Below the pieces are notes generated by a model. It made no database searches, was not told the DNA's origin, and saw only the letters and a program-made list of their open reading frames with translations. The translations under genes and the position numbers were made by a program. DNA of 63,676 nt, counting the filler, from Patellaria atrata CBS 101060 (Eukaryota): NCBI GenBank assembly GCA_010093705.1. It is 17 parts of 17 records of this genome, joined end to end, with 100 filler letters (N's around TTAATTAATTAA, not from the genome) between each part and the next. Parts side by side here need not be neighbours in the genome. Positions count along the whole stretch, not along the records: positions 36,127 to 39,687 come from MU006164.1; positions 39,788 to 43,245 come from MU006165.1; positions 43,346 to 46,789 come from MU006166.1; positions 46,890 to 50,326 come from MU006167.1; positions 50,427 to 53,725 come from MU006168.1; 12 more parts are not named here. One strand, 5' to 3'. Every line of letters begins with the position of its first letter. Position 1 is the stretch's first letter. This document shows, in pieces, positions 39,593 to 50,605 of the stretch.

Positions 39593-39687
39593 GATGAAGT
39601 GGTGAAGGATGAGATGAAGTGGTGAAGGATGAGATGAAGTGGTGAAGGATGAGATGAAGTGGTGAAGGATGAGATGAAGTGGTGAAG
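39593..39687. repeat. 20-bp minisatellite GATGAAGTGGTGAAGGATGA (about 4.7 copies, runs into the gap)
   Basis: Read directly from the sequence. Confidence 0.93.
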
Positions 39688-39787
39688 NNNNNNNNNNNNN
39701 NNNNNNNNNNNNNNNNNNNNNNNNNNNNNNNTTAATTAATTAANNNNNNNNNNNNNNNNNNNNNNNNNNNNNNNNNNNNNNNNNNNN

Positions 39788-41538
39788 TCCACCACGCAGT
39801 AGTATTTTTTGAAGCTGTAACTTGTAGTCGATTCTATAGAGTCTAATTAATCTCTGCCGCATGTACGAGAGTTGTGTCCTGCGTTGCCGCAGGTTCTGCA
39901 GCGCTGCTGAGTCGCCGCGTCGCCTCTTGCGCGCTGCCTATTCTGACGCGTTTCCTCTCTAATCTGCTCATCAACGTTAATTTGAGCTATTAATTCTGCG
40001 CCTTCTACCTTTGTTAAGCATCCTTGAAGCTGTAAACGCTTCTTCTGGCGCTTCTTACGTCGTGTTGCAGCCTCATTTGCTCTGCGTAGGTTGGCGACTT
40101 CTAACTGTAAAATGACTCCATGGTGTATCATCAATTCTGCACGTTTTAATAGGCGGTCAAGTGACTTAATGATAGATGTAGGAGAACTATTCTAATGCCT
40201 CTTAATCCTATTACGAATAAAGGCAGTTTGAGAGTCTAGTTCCTGCGCGTTGCATGGTGTTTTTGACTCACATTCTTGTAGTTCTGGTGGTGACGGCGTA
40301 CGCAGCTTGATCTCCAGTTTTGAGACTACTATCTCTGAGTCTAGAGGAAGTAGACCTGCTCCTGCGAATCCTGCGCGGATATTCTTCTCCGTAATTGATT
40401 CCTGGTAGGCTTGTTTAAAGATTGGGAGAAACTCGAGCTTAGTGATGTGGTTAATAGAGCTGCGTATCAGATCCTCTACACCACGCCCATACGCCTTCTT
40501 CAATGGTGAGAAACAGGCGACATCTAGAGGTTGTAGGAGGTGAGATGAATGAGCTGGCATACAAAGCGTAGTAATACTGTTCTGCGCACAGAGCTCTCGA
40601 AACTCCATAGACTCATGGCTCTCATGGCCATCAAGAATTAATAGCTGGCGCGAACCAAGACGTCTATCTTTTGTATGCTTAATAAAGTGCTTCAACCACT
40701 CTACGCCAAGCTTATTTGTAGTCCAGCCGTTCTCAGATAGTGCGATTACCCAATCCTCAGGAATATCTGTGCCTTCGTACCAAGTAGATAGATGATAGGT
40801 GCCGCTGAAGATGATGAATGGTGGAATTGCCCAACCTTGCGCGTTGATAGCTTGAATTACTGTAACCCACTCACGGTTGCCTGGCTGGATAGATTTTGGT
40901 CGATTACGTCTCTCTGCGCCAGTTACAACTTTACTAGTCGCTATTACACCCATCTGAAAGCCTGTCTCATCAAAATTGTAGATGTCTGCTTTAGTGATGC
41001 CGTGCTTCTCAATTGTACGCGCTACAAGCTGGAACCAGCTACTAATAGTCTCAGGATCTTCACATTGAGCTCTCTTATAGTCGTACTTACGATTTAGGCG
41101 CGTTTTTAGCTCTGGTGTTCGGCGTATAAAGTTCTCTGGCCACTTGACTCCAACTACTCCAGCGCCACGCGTAGTAAGCAGTTGATCCGCCATATCTCGT
41201 ACAGCGCGAAGCTGAGATGGAAATCCACATGAGTTAAGCTCAAGAATGTAGTTTACAATAGCCTCCTCTTCTAACTTAGTGAGCCTCTTTGAGTTGGGCT
41301 CGCAATCGCGTCGTATAGAGATTCCAGCGCGTCGTGACCTTAGTGTTGATTCAGGGACGTCAAACGCCATAGCAGCTTGGCGCATACTTTTAAATTGATT
41401 GGAATTAAGAGCTGATAGAGCTAGGTTGGTTCTGCCTTCTTTTTGAGCTAATTGAGTACTGCGTTGTTGATTCATGGTGGGTTGATTGTAGGAGAACTAG
41501 TTTTGGTGAGAACTGCGCAGCTCGCTTGTCGTTTACGT
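39788..41538 (-). mobile_element. Fot1/pogo (Tc1-mariner superfamily) DNA transposon
   Basis: Transposase ORF; terminus ...GTTTACGT (41538) followed by TA. The other end is lost in the gap. Confidence 0.92.
39847..41475 (-). pseudogene. Fot1-type DDE transposase with one premature stop
   Basis: HTH (AAMAFDVPESTLRSR), CENP-B-like region, YNFDETGF, LILDGHESH, LQPLDVACF, C-terminal CRTCGNAGHNSRTC knuckle. TAG at 40192-40194 (CAG>TAG) splits the in-frame ORFs. Confidence 0.92.
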
Positions 41539-42594
41539 TACATACATACATATACATACTATATATATATATATATATATATATAAATGTGCTTATTGTG
41601 GCACTTTCCCTCCACCATGCTTGAGACTCCAAAGCTAAGCAGCAGACGTGAGGCTCAGGAAACGTACAGAGCTGGAGAAATACCTGAAGAAGCCGTAATC
41701 GAGCTGATAAGACTTGAAACTAGGACTGCACTACAGTATAATAAAAACAATCAAGAGATGGTAAAAAATCAAGTTTCTGTATACTTTCTGACTGTTGATT
41801 TCCACAAAGCGGTGGTGAAACCCACGACCGTTTGGAGAAAATGTGGTTGTTATCCCGCGCGGCCGGAGCTGGAAAAGTGAGATGTCGATATTTGAATCGT
41901 GAATCACGATGACAATTGTACTGTACTGTAGTTGGATATGATATGAAATATGGTGACTTGCACAAGCGCATAGCCAGGTCTACTATATCAGATCTCCAAT
42001 CTTGAAAGCATCCAGTCGATGTCAATATCATCGTTTAAAAGTTTGAAGGGAGAAGTTGATGTGCAGCCTCTTATTAAGGTTTCCCCTTTCCGTCCTTTTC
42101 CCATAGAACCAAATCTGGGCTGCATTAAGTACGGGCGCCACGCAATTCGTACCTTGCAGCAGTGCGGCGCCGAATATTGGTTCCCGCAACTAATAATCAT
42201 AACAAGGTACTGTAACGAACAAACCATCTGATTTTCAAGGAGTTCAGTTATGTTCAGCTTTGATGGTTTCGACGGGAATGATGTGCATGCAGCTGACAGG
42301 CGAAAGATCGAGTGAGATGTGTGACAAGGACGATGTGGGAGTTGATGGCAAATTTCCGAAGACGGCAAGGGGCCCAAAGTTTGGATCGTATGGCCTCGTT
42401 ATTGGGGCTCACGAGGGAGATTGTGGAAAGTTGTGATCTAAGCTGTATTGAGATCTAGTGTGAGTTCACGGGAACTAGGTGGATGGACACTAGAACTTCT
42501 TCGGCTTTGGTTCATTCGTGAGTTCAATCTGTGGCGCTCAAATGCTGGGGCAGTCATGATTCGATTGGCTCGAATTATATTGGGCTTGGCACCC

Positions 42595-42666
42595 GTTGCT
42601 CTTTCCCTTGTAAAGTTGCTCTTTCCCTTGTAAAGTTGCTCTTTCCCTTGTGAAGTTGCTCTTTCC
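42595..42666. repeat. 20-bp tandem repeat GTTGCTCTTTCCCTTGTAAA (about 3.6 copies)
   Basis: Read directly from the sequence. Confidence 0.9.
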
Positions 42667-43345
42667 TAGGTCGAAATCAACCGGGCCTGACCTTGAAGAC
42701 CTTGACCGACCGGCTCCCCTTCCTCTTTGCTCTCATCTCCAAGCCCGGGAGGTTTGCTTTGCTTTCTTCGCTGCCGCTTCCTTCAACTTCATCTTCATCT
42801 TCAAGAAATCGACTTCCGCTGCGACGTCGACCGACAAGATCACGACTTCGCGAAGGGCCTTTGTGCCGGCTCTTGAAGGGCAAAGACTACATTGACGAGA
42901 GTTCGGCATAAACGTGTAATACATAACATCATCTCAACCAGCAACCAGCAACCAGCAACAATCGTATCATAGGCCACGAAACAACAGGCTTTCCGTACCC
43001 CCATGCCTCCCCCCCAAAGCATCGAACTCTTTACCACAGTACCTTCCAACATCAACTGTCGCATATATCATTGCAATCATTGCTCCCACTTGCCTCCTCC
43101 GGATTTTCATATTTTGCTTCCTTTGAACAGCAAACAGAGTTATCTCCGAATCTCTTCGACTCTCAAGCATAACTGACCTACTCGTCGCACACTGGATGAG
43201 CAAGGGAAGATCGTTCACGCTGATCCAGCGTAAGTTCAATTTACTNNNNNNNNNNNNNNNNNNNNNNNNNNNNNNNNNNNNNNNNNNNNTTAATTAATTA
43301 ANNNNNNNNNNNNNNNNNNNNNNNNNNNNNNNNNNNNNNNNNNNN

Positions 43346-46300
43346 CCCTTGATCTCAGAAATCCAGGATAGGTTATAAGGAGTAAAATGGTTTACGAAAT
43401 TCGATATCCGAGACGGTTACTATCGAATCAGAATGAAAGAAGGCGAAGAATGGAAGATAGCTATGAGAACGAGGTTCGGACTATACGAATATATAGTGAT
43501 GCCGTTCGGCTTAACTAACGCCCTAGTAACGTTCTAAGCAGTGATTAATTATGCACTAAGAGAGTATTTAGACGTATTTATAACTGCTTACCTAGATGAT
43601 ATGCTAGTGTACACGAACGGAACACTCGAAGAGCATAGGGAGCACGTGAAGAAAGTATTGACGAAACTACGAGAAAAGAGACTCCTAGTACACCCCGAAA
43701 AATGTGAATTCCATGTCAAAGAAACGGAATTCCTAGGCTTCATCGTTACCACTGAAGGTATAAGAGTAGACCCGAAGAAAATAGCCGTGGTTAAGGACTG
43801 GCCCACTCTAAAAAGTGTAAAAGACGTATAATCGTTCTTAGGCTTCGCGAACTACTATAGAAAGTTCATCTAGGGGTACTCGAAGGTAATAACGCCGCTA
43901 TTAGAGTTAATAAAGAAGGAAAATGCCTTCGTTTAGACAGAGAAGGTATAGGAAGCATTCGACGAACTTAAGAAGAAGTTCACCACAGCACCTATCTTAG
44001 TCATGTTTGACCTAGAGAAATCGATAGTGCTAGAGACTAACGCATCTAATTATGCACTAGGTGCATATATAAGTCAGCTAGATAAGAAAGGACGATTATA
44101 TCCAGTAGCCTTTCATTCGCGAAAGTTCACGGCCGCAGAGCTGAACTACGATGTGCACGACAAGGAATTGTTAGCGATTGTCGACGCATTCGAACAGTGG
44201 AGGTCATACCTTGAAGGACCCAAGTACACTGTAAAAGTTTGGTCAGATCACCAAAACCTGACAAACTTCCTCACGATAAAGAAGTTGAATCGAAGACAAG
44301 TAAGGTGGGCGGAAACACTCGCGTCCTTTAACTTCAAAATATTTCATAGACTAGGAGTCGAAAACAAACTAGCCGATGCTATAAGTAGAAGATCCGACTA
44401 CCTAGAAGGAACGAAACCGGTACATGACGCGGTACTGAAGAAAGAAAACGACGCGATCACCTACAATCAGCCAAGATTAGCTGCAATGCTAATAATCGAA
44501 TCCACGAGAGAACAACAAATTCGTGATGCCTATTAGAAGGACAGTATGATAGAGGAGTTCCGAAGGGGTAGCGACCCTAGGGCAACATAAACAGCTCAAG
44601 GAATATGGCTATACGACGGGCTCGTATATATGCCAACGACACTGCGAAAGACCCTTACCAAAGAGATCCACGAAGCACCAGCGCATGGTCACCAGGGCAT
44701 TGACAAAACCTTGGAAAGGATCCTAAGGAATTACTATTTCCCGGGGGTAAGAAGTACAGTGAAGCAAGTCATCTCAGAGTGTAATAACTACGCACGGAAT
44801 AAGAGTGCAAAACACGCACCCTACGGACAAATGCAACACATTGAGCCACCAAAGCGGGCATGGGACTTAATAACTATGGACTTCATCACAAGTCTACCAG
44901 GATCCAAAGATCCAGCAATAGGAGTAGAGTATAACGCGATATTGGTTATCGTGGAGCGACTAACAAAGTTCACCTACTTCATACCAGCAAAGACAACGAT
45001 GACAGCACCATAAGTAGCAGCATTAGTGATGAAAACAGTGCTAGCAAATCACTAGATGCCGAGAGAGATTATCTCAGATAGAGATAAACTGTTTAAATTA
45101 GCGTTTTGGCAGACTCTAGTATAGAGTTTAGGGGCGAACTATAAGCTATCAACGAGCTTCCACCCATAAACAGATGGCTAAACTGAGAGAATGAATTAAT
45201 CTCTAGAGCAATACTTACGCAATTATGTGAATTACCAGCAGAACAACTGGGTAGAACTGCTACCAATGGCACAATTCGCACACAACAGCGCGAAATCCGA
45301 TACCACGAAGGTTTCACCCTTCTATGCGAACTACGGTTTCGAACCAGAAGCATATCGTGAGCCGAGAACAATTCAGAGTATTTCACAAGAAGCAGCGTTA
45401 AAAGTCGAGCAAATCAAGGAATTGCACGCATAGCTATCACGAGACATAGCTTTCCAGACGATAAGAGCTACGAAGTACAGTAACCAGCATAGGTCGCTAG
45501 AACCGACCTTTAAAAAGGGGGACAAAGTTTACTTGTTACAGAAAAACCTCAAAACAAAACGACCTAACAAGAAACTAGACCACAAGAAAATCGGCCCTTT
45601 TAAAATCAAACAGGTCAAAGGAAAAGTCAATTACGAGTTGGAATTACCATAAGGAATGAAGATACACCCAGTTTTTCATGTATCACTCCTAGAACCAGCA
45701 CATACTAACGCTAAACTCTAAACACGACCCATAGAACTCGAGGAAGAAGATATCTACGAGGTAGAACGAATCTTGGACCTACAATAAGTAGACGGTCAGT
45801 ACAAGTACTTAGTAAAATGGAAAGGCTACGGACACGTAGATAACACGTGGGAACCACTCAAGCATTTGACGAACTGCGATCAGAAACTTGAGCAGTTTCA
45901 CCGACAAAACCAGGGAATTCCAGACCCTCGAGGACAGAGAAATCCAAATCAGACCAACCAGAAAGAGATACAGCGGAAGGAGAAACGGGGGCGCTTAAAG
46001 AAGCTTGCTGTTTTTCAGCTTCTCGCTCCAAAGCCTCAAGCTCCTCGATGGAACCAAGCTCACGACGAGACATCTCCGCCTCCTTGCGTTCGAGCAAAAG
46101 GAGTTTACGACGGAGTCGTCGGGAATGAGCACGAGCAGCACGAATCGCTTCGTGTTAAGCACGAACTGCTTCCTGTTGAAGACGCATCGCCTCTAGAACC
46201 GCCTCTTCACGCAAACGGGCAGTCTCGTCCTCAGCCCTCTCCGCAGCGTCAAGCTCAGACCGAAGCTTCGCTTTTAAAGCGTCAAGCTTGTCCCAATCCT

Positions 46301-46789
46301 TTTGTGTCACCACGAGATCGCATTTGGTGCCACGAGCAAGACATTCGGAACAGAAACCTGAAGGGATATCGACAATGCAAGAACGGGAGGAACGACGACA
46401 AGAAGAACAAGGAGTCGGCATGGGACGACCGTGTAGAGCAACACGGGCAGCGTAGCGTCGACGACGAACTGGACGAGGTTCAGCTTTTGGCATCTCGGAA
46501 GAAAGGGAAGAGAGGTGCGTACGACTTGACAGATGGGCGACACGTCTATTTTATACCCAAGCAAAAGAAACAAACTCTTGGGACAAGAGTCGTGAAGGGG
46601 GAGGATAGTGTTACGGCCACAAGTTGTAGAAGCATGGAGATCACGAGTGAGGGGAAGAAGGGGCACCACTCGGGGAAACTACGGATGGAACCTGTAGACG
46701 ACGGGTCACGTGACTTGGACGTTTGGACGTTTGGACGTTTCGGTCGTAGGAGGAACGACCAGACGACCGGACGACCAGGACGACCGGGA
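43346..46789 (+). mobile_element. Ty3/Gypsy chromovirus LTR retrotransposon, copy 1 (partial, RIP-mutated): RT-RNaseH-integrase-chromodomain, antisense gene, PPT, 3' LTR
   Basis: YLDD RT, RNase H (YDVHDKELLAIV), HHCC, TMDFIT, GPF, chromodomain YEVERIL...YLVKWKGY...NTWEP. PPT GAAGGGGGAGGATAG 46594-46608, LTR starts TGTTAC at 46609. Many TAA/TAG stops. Confidence 0.97.
45858..46493 (-). pseudogene. Antisense Zn(II)2Cys6/coiled-coil gene of retrotransposon copy 1 (one RIP-type stop)
   Basis: CSSCRRSSRSCIVDIPSGFCSECLARGTKC. TAA at 46155-46157, after which the frame continues to ...VSDRSSSNA*. Confidence 0.82.
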
Positions 46790-47551
46790 NNNNNNNNNNN
46801 NNNNNNNNNNNNNNNNNNNNNNNNNNNNNNNNNTTAATTAATTAANNNNNNNNNNNNNNNNNNNNNNNNNNNNNNNNNNNNNNNNNNNNGGGAGGAGTGG
46901 GGTTGCGCGCCGTTTTGATGGGTATGGTACGGTACTGGTCGGGAAAGGAACAACTAAGATACACTACCAGTATAGGATAGTAGGGTACGATCGATTCATA
47001 TCCCCCGTTCCCCTATCGGATCGGGCACCGTACTGTCATAATCTGAGCCAGACTCCCACCATGCACCTGTACCCGAGAGTGTATATATCCCGTCGACTAC
47101 TGTGTAGGTGCATCAAACTCACAGACTTATATAGATAGTGCCGAGTGTGGAAGTCCAGTCCAGTCCACTCCTACTTAACTCCTAACTCCTAACTCCTCAC
47201 TCCTAACACCTCTACACTTCATACCTCACACTCTTCACACTCTACACACACAATCAGACATTGAATCATGGACTATTAGAACTAGGGACCAGCCCACGGA
47301 GCTGGAAAAAGCTACCAAAAGACCGACCGTGGAAGGGGTAGGAAATATAGACATCGAAGAGGGAAAGAAAGAGACGAGTTTAAAAAAAAAAAGAAAAAAA
47401 AAGAAATGGAAAATAGTCAAAAGAAAGAAAAGGGAATGCCCATCAACGCCATAACCATGACACACCGTCCACCCATCACACCGACAAAACTCCCTCAACA
47501 ACAAGCACAAATAGGCCTACGCTCTTCTCCCAGTTCCATCCCCAGTTCCAA

Positions 47552-49564
47552 TCAGACAAACAGAACAATCTCCCCCCTCTCATTCTTCCTCAACCGCAAC
47601 AACTTCCACAACTCCTTCTCCTCCTCCCCCTTCCCCAACTCATCCTCCCACCTCTCCAGCCTCTCCCGATGATATCTCTTAAGCGCCTTATTAACGCTGA
47701 GACCCCTCTCGCTATCGGGGCCCTTATTAATGAACGACATGAACAAACTCGCGCGAGACGATATACTGCCCGGTTGCGGGTTATCCCCCGCCCTGCCGCT
47801 GGCAGTGGTATTCGTCCTCTTCCGTACGAGCTGGAGTCCATTCCTATCTTCAGAAGGCGAGCGCGAGCGCGCCGGGGAGCGGGATCCCGAGCGTCCGTGT
47901 CTATTATTGTGGTGGTATTCTATAGCCTTAAGCTCACGCCGGGGGGGTAATGTTAGACTGGCCCTCCTATCCCTCTTATCCCTTGCACCATCGTCAGACG
48001 AGCTGACAGGGGAATCAGAGCGTCGTCTTCGTCTCTCCTTCCCCTTTCCGTCTCTCTCGCTGTCATCTCTCCTCGCGCGTCTCCTGACTTTGACTAATTG
48101 CCGTCCGTTGGTGCCGTTCGCTACCATCGTCGTGGTGGTGACGGTGGTATCGCGACTGCCCTTGCGAGCGACGGGTTCGCGGTCGAGTTCGCGGCCGCGG
48201 GTCTTCTCGGGGCGGGCGTGTTTGCTTCGCTTCATGGGACTCAGAGGGGATGCCTCTGCGACGTCACCGCCGCTGTAGTCGGGGGAAGGTGGAAAGTCCG
48301 GACGCGGGGCGAGGAGGCGGTTGAGACCCCCGGTGAGACCGGAATGTAGAATTGGTGGGGCATCGGTCATGATTTCGTCGGCTTGACGTGCTTGGATGAG
48401 ATTCATGTCCAGCTCTTCTACAGGCGCTCTCTTGCGTTTCTTATCTGTTGATTTCTTATCCGCGGTGGGTGCTTTGCGGGACTCACGGTCACGTTTGGGA
48501 GCGGGGGTGCGATAGTTGTCGATTGGTACGGTATCTGGGAGGGAGATCATAGACTCGTAGCGTTGAAAGGAGGGTTCGACGGGGGAATCGCCGTATGAGA
48601 AACCGGTGCGGGCATAGAGTTCCGCTTCGTCGTAAGCTTTGCGATAGCCTTCGTCCGGATGCTCTGCTACCGGATAGCGTTCTTCGACGTTATAACCTCT
48701 CTCTGTACCCTCTGGTTCGCATATTGCGATCCGTTGTCCGTTGGTGGTGTCTTCTTGGTCATCCCTGGCTTCCTCGATCATACGTAATTCGTCCTCTTCG
48801 GCAAATGTGACGCGCGCAGGTTGAGGTGTATCTTCTCCACCGACGAGGAAATCGAAAACATTCACGGCAGGTGGTGGAGAGGGTGCGTGAGGTGGTGCGT
48901 CGACGATTGCGATTGCGCCCGTGTCTGCGTCTGGTGCATCTTCGACGTAGGCGCTTCGCGGGACGAGGGATTGCGAGTTCGCTTCATCTCTAGCTTGATC
49001 TTGCTGCTGCTGTTGCTGTTTGTGCTGTTTTCCCTTCTTCTTGGGCTCTTTGTAGAGAGCACCTTGGTACCTTTGCGCTTCGCTTATGCAGCTCTAGCCA
49101 TTTGGTGCTGGTGTTAGTTGCCGTAGATGCAGCGAATAGAAGAGAATTTTTTATTTTTTTTTATTTTTTTTTTTTGTTTTGTTGATGCGCGAACATGTAA
49201 ACAATGAGAATTCTTCCTCCAGCGGTCAAACTCATGGATAGATGAGGAATAAGGCTAGTGTAGATGCTTCGTATAGGTACTTTTAAAGAAACGGATGGTG
49301 ACATACAGTATGAGTTCTATACTCTGCACCTGGGAAATGGGTATTGCAATCTATGCAAGAAAAGGATGCGCCTCGACATTGATACTTGTGATTGTCGAGT
49401 TTCTTCTTCGCGATGACATCGCCGCAGGCCTAATATCGAGTCAAGAATGTTAGCAAATTCTGCATGATGATTTCCCCCCAAAGCGCGATAGAGTCGCTGA
49501 ACGTGTGTGTGTGTTATTGAGTGCGCGCGGAATTCTTGCATACCTCGCAGGAAAACGAGACCAT
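47552..49564 (-). CDS. LYAR-type C2HC zinc-finger nucleolar protein
   Basis: MVSFSCE / CGDVIAKKKLDNHKYQCRGASFSCIDCNTHF..YRTHT / SCISEAQRYQGALYK, then the long ORF ending KELWKLLRLRKNERGEIVLFV*. Two introns. Confidence 0.9.
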
Positions 49565-50605
49565 GTTGGCCTCTCGTTCTTTAAGAATGGTGGAATCAAA
49601 TCAAAAGGAGCGGTGAGAGAGAGTGTGTTTTGATTGAAGTCAGTGGAGCAAATGAAGGGAGAACACGACTCTTGAAGCCAGGAGCTTTCTGCTTCCTGCG
49701 GTTCAAACCGAGTTGGAAGGGGGGAGGGGGGGATACAAGGGATAGATAGGTAGACGCGGCGGGTAGAGGAGTTGTATCGATTACGGACTTGGAGCTAAGG
49801 GCGGGGAGGGTGTTTTGGCTGGTCAACCTGACTGAAAGACTCCTCAGGTGCCCCATCTTTTCAGCATCTTTCCAAGGTTTGAGGCCCCCAAAGAAGGAGG
49901 GTTGGATATTCTCAAGTGACAAATTAGAAAGGCGAAAGAAAGGCGAAAGAAAGGCTTGGTGACGGTTTGATGAGCATTCTCGCACTTCTGGCTTCGTTTC
50001 ACTTCATCCGCAGAACAGGGGTTCGCGCTACGCTCACAAGTTACAAGTCCATCCAACTCTCAAGATGGACAAATCCCCAAACAACGCGCCAGAACGTTCT
50101 GCATGAATATCCTATCCTGAGAGCAAGGTCAGCCTTTCCAGGCCCTCCGAAGAGAACAACCGCGAACCATCGTCCCAACCGAAACCCACAAACCCCTCTT
50201 TCTTTCCTCTTTCTGTTTTCCTCAGACTGCTCATTTCTTCCTTCCGTATCTCGCGTATCCTGTTTTTTGAGGAAGGAAGCGAAAAAGTGCAAAACCCCTT
50301 CCTCCTCCTCCTCCCCCTCCCCCTCCNNNNNNNNNNNNNNNNNNNNNNNNNNNNNNNNNNNNNNNNNNNNTTAATTAATTAANNNNNNNNNNNNNNNNNN
50401 NNNNNNNNNNNNNNNNNNNNNNNNNNAGCTAAATGCTCAGCTCCGACTTATCGGTTAAGTATCACCAAAACTATAACATTAGCTCACTCTTTTGATGTCA
50501 TCTCTTATTTTATATCTGACGTAGGTAGTATCGTTATGTTCGCCTTGATTTGGAGATTACGTAGCTAGGCTTCGTGACGTCAAAGGGTTAATCAATAAGG
50601 TGGTC

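Noticed and set aside
39593..39687. 20-bp repeats (also 42595-42666 and 20938-20990) as CRISPR arrays
   Set aside because: Head-to-tail with no unique spacers, eukaryotic context, and no cas genes.
41587..43245. Short ORFs downstream of the Fot1 end as a gene
   Set aside because: Fragmented frames with no identifiable motif.
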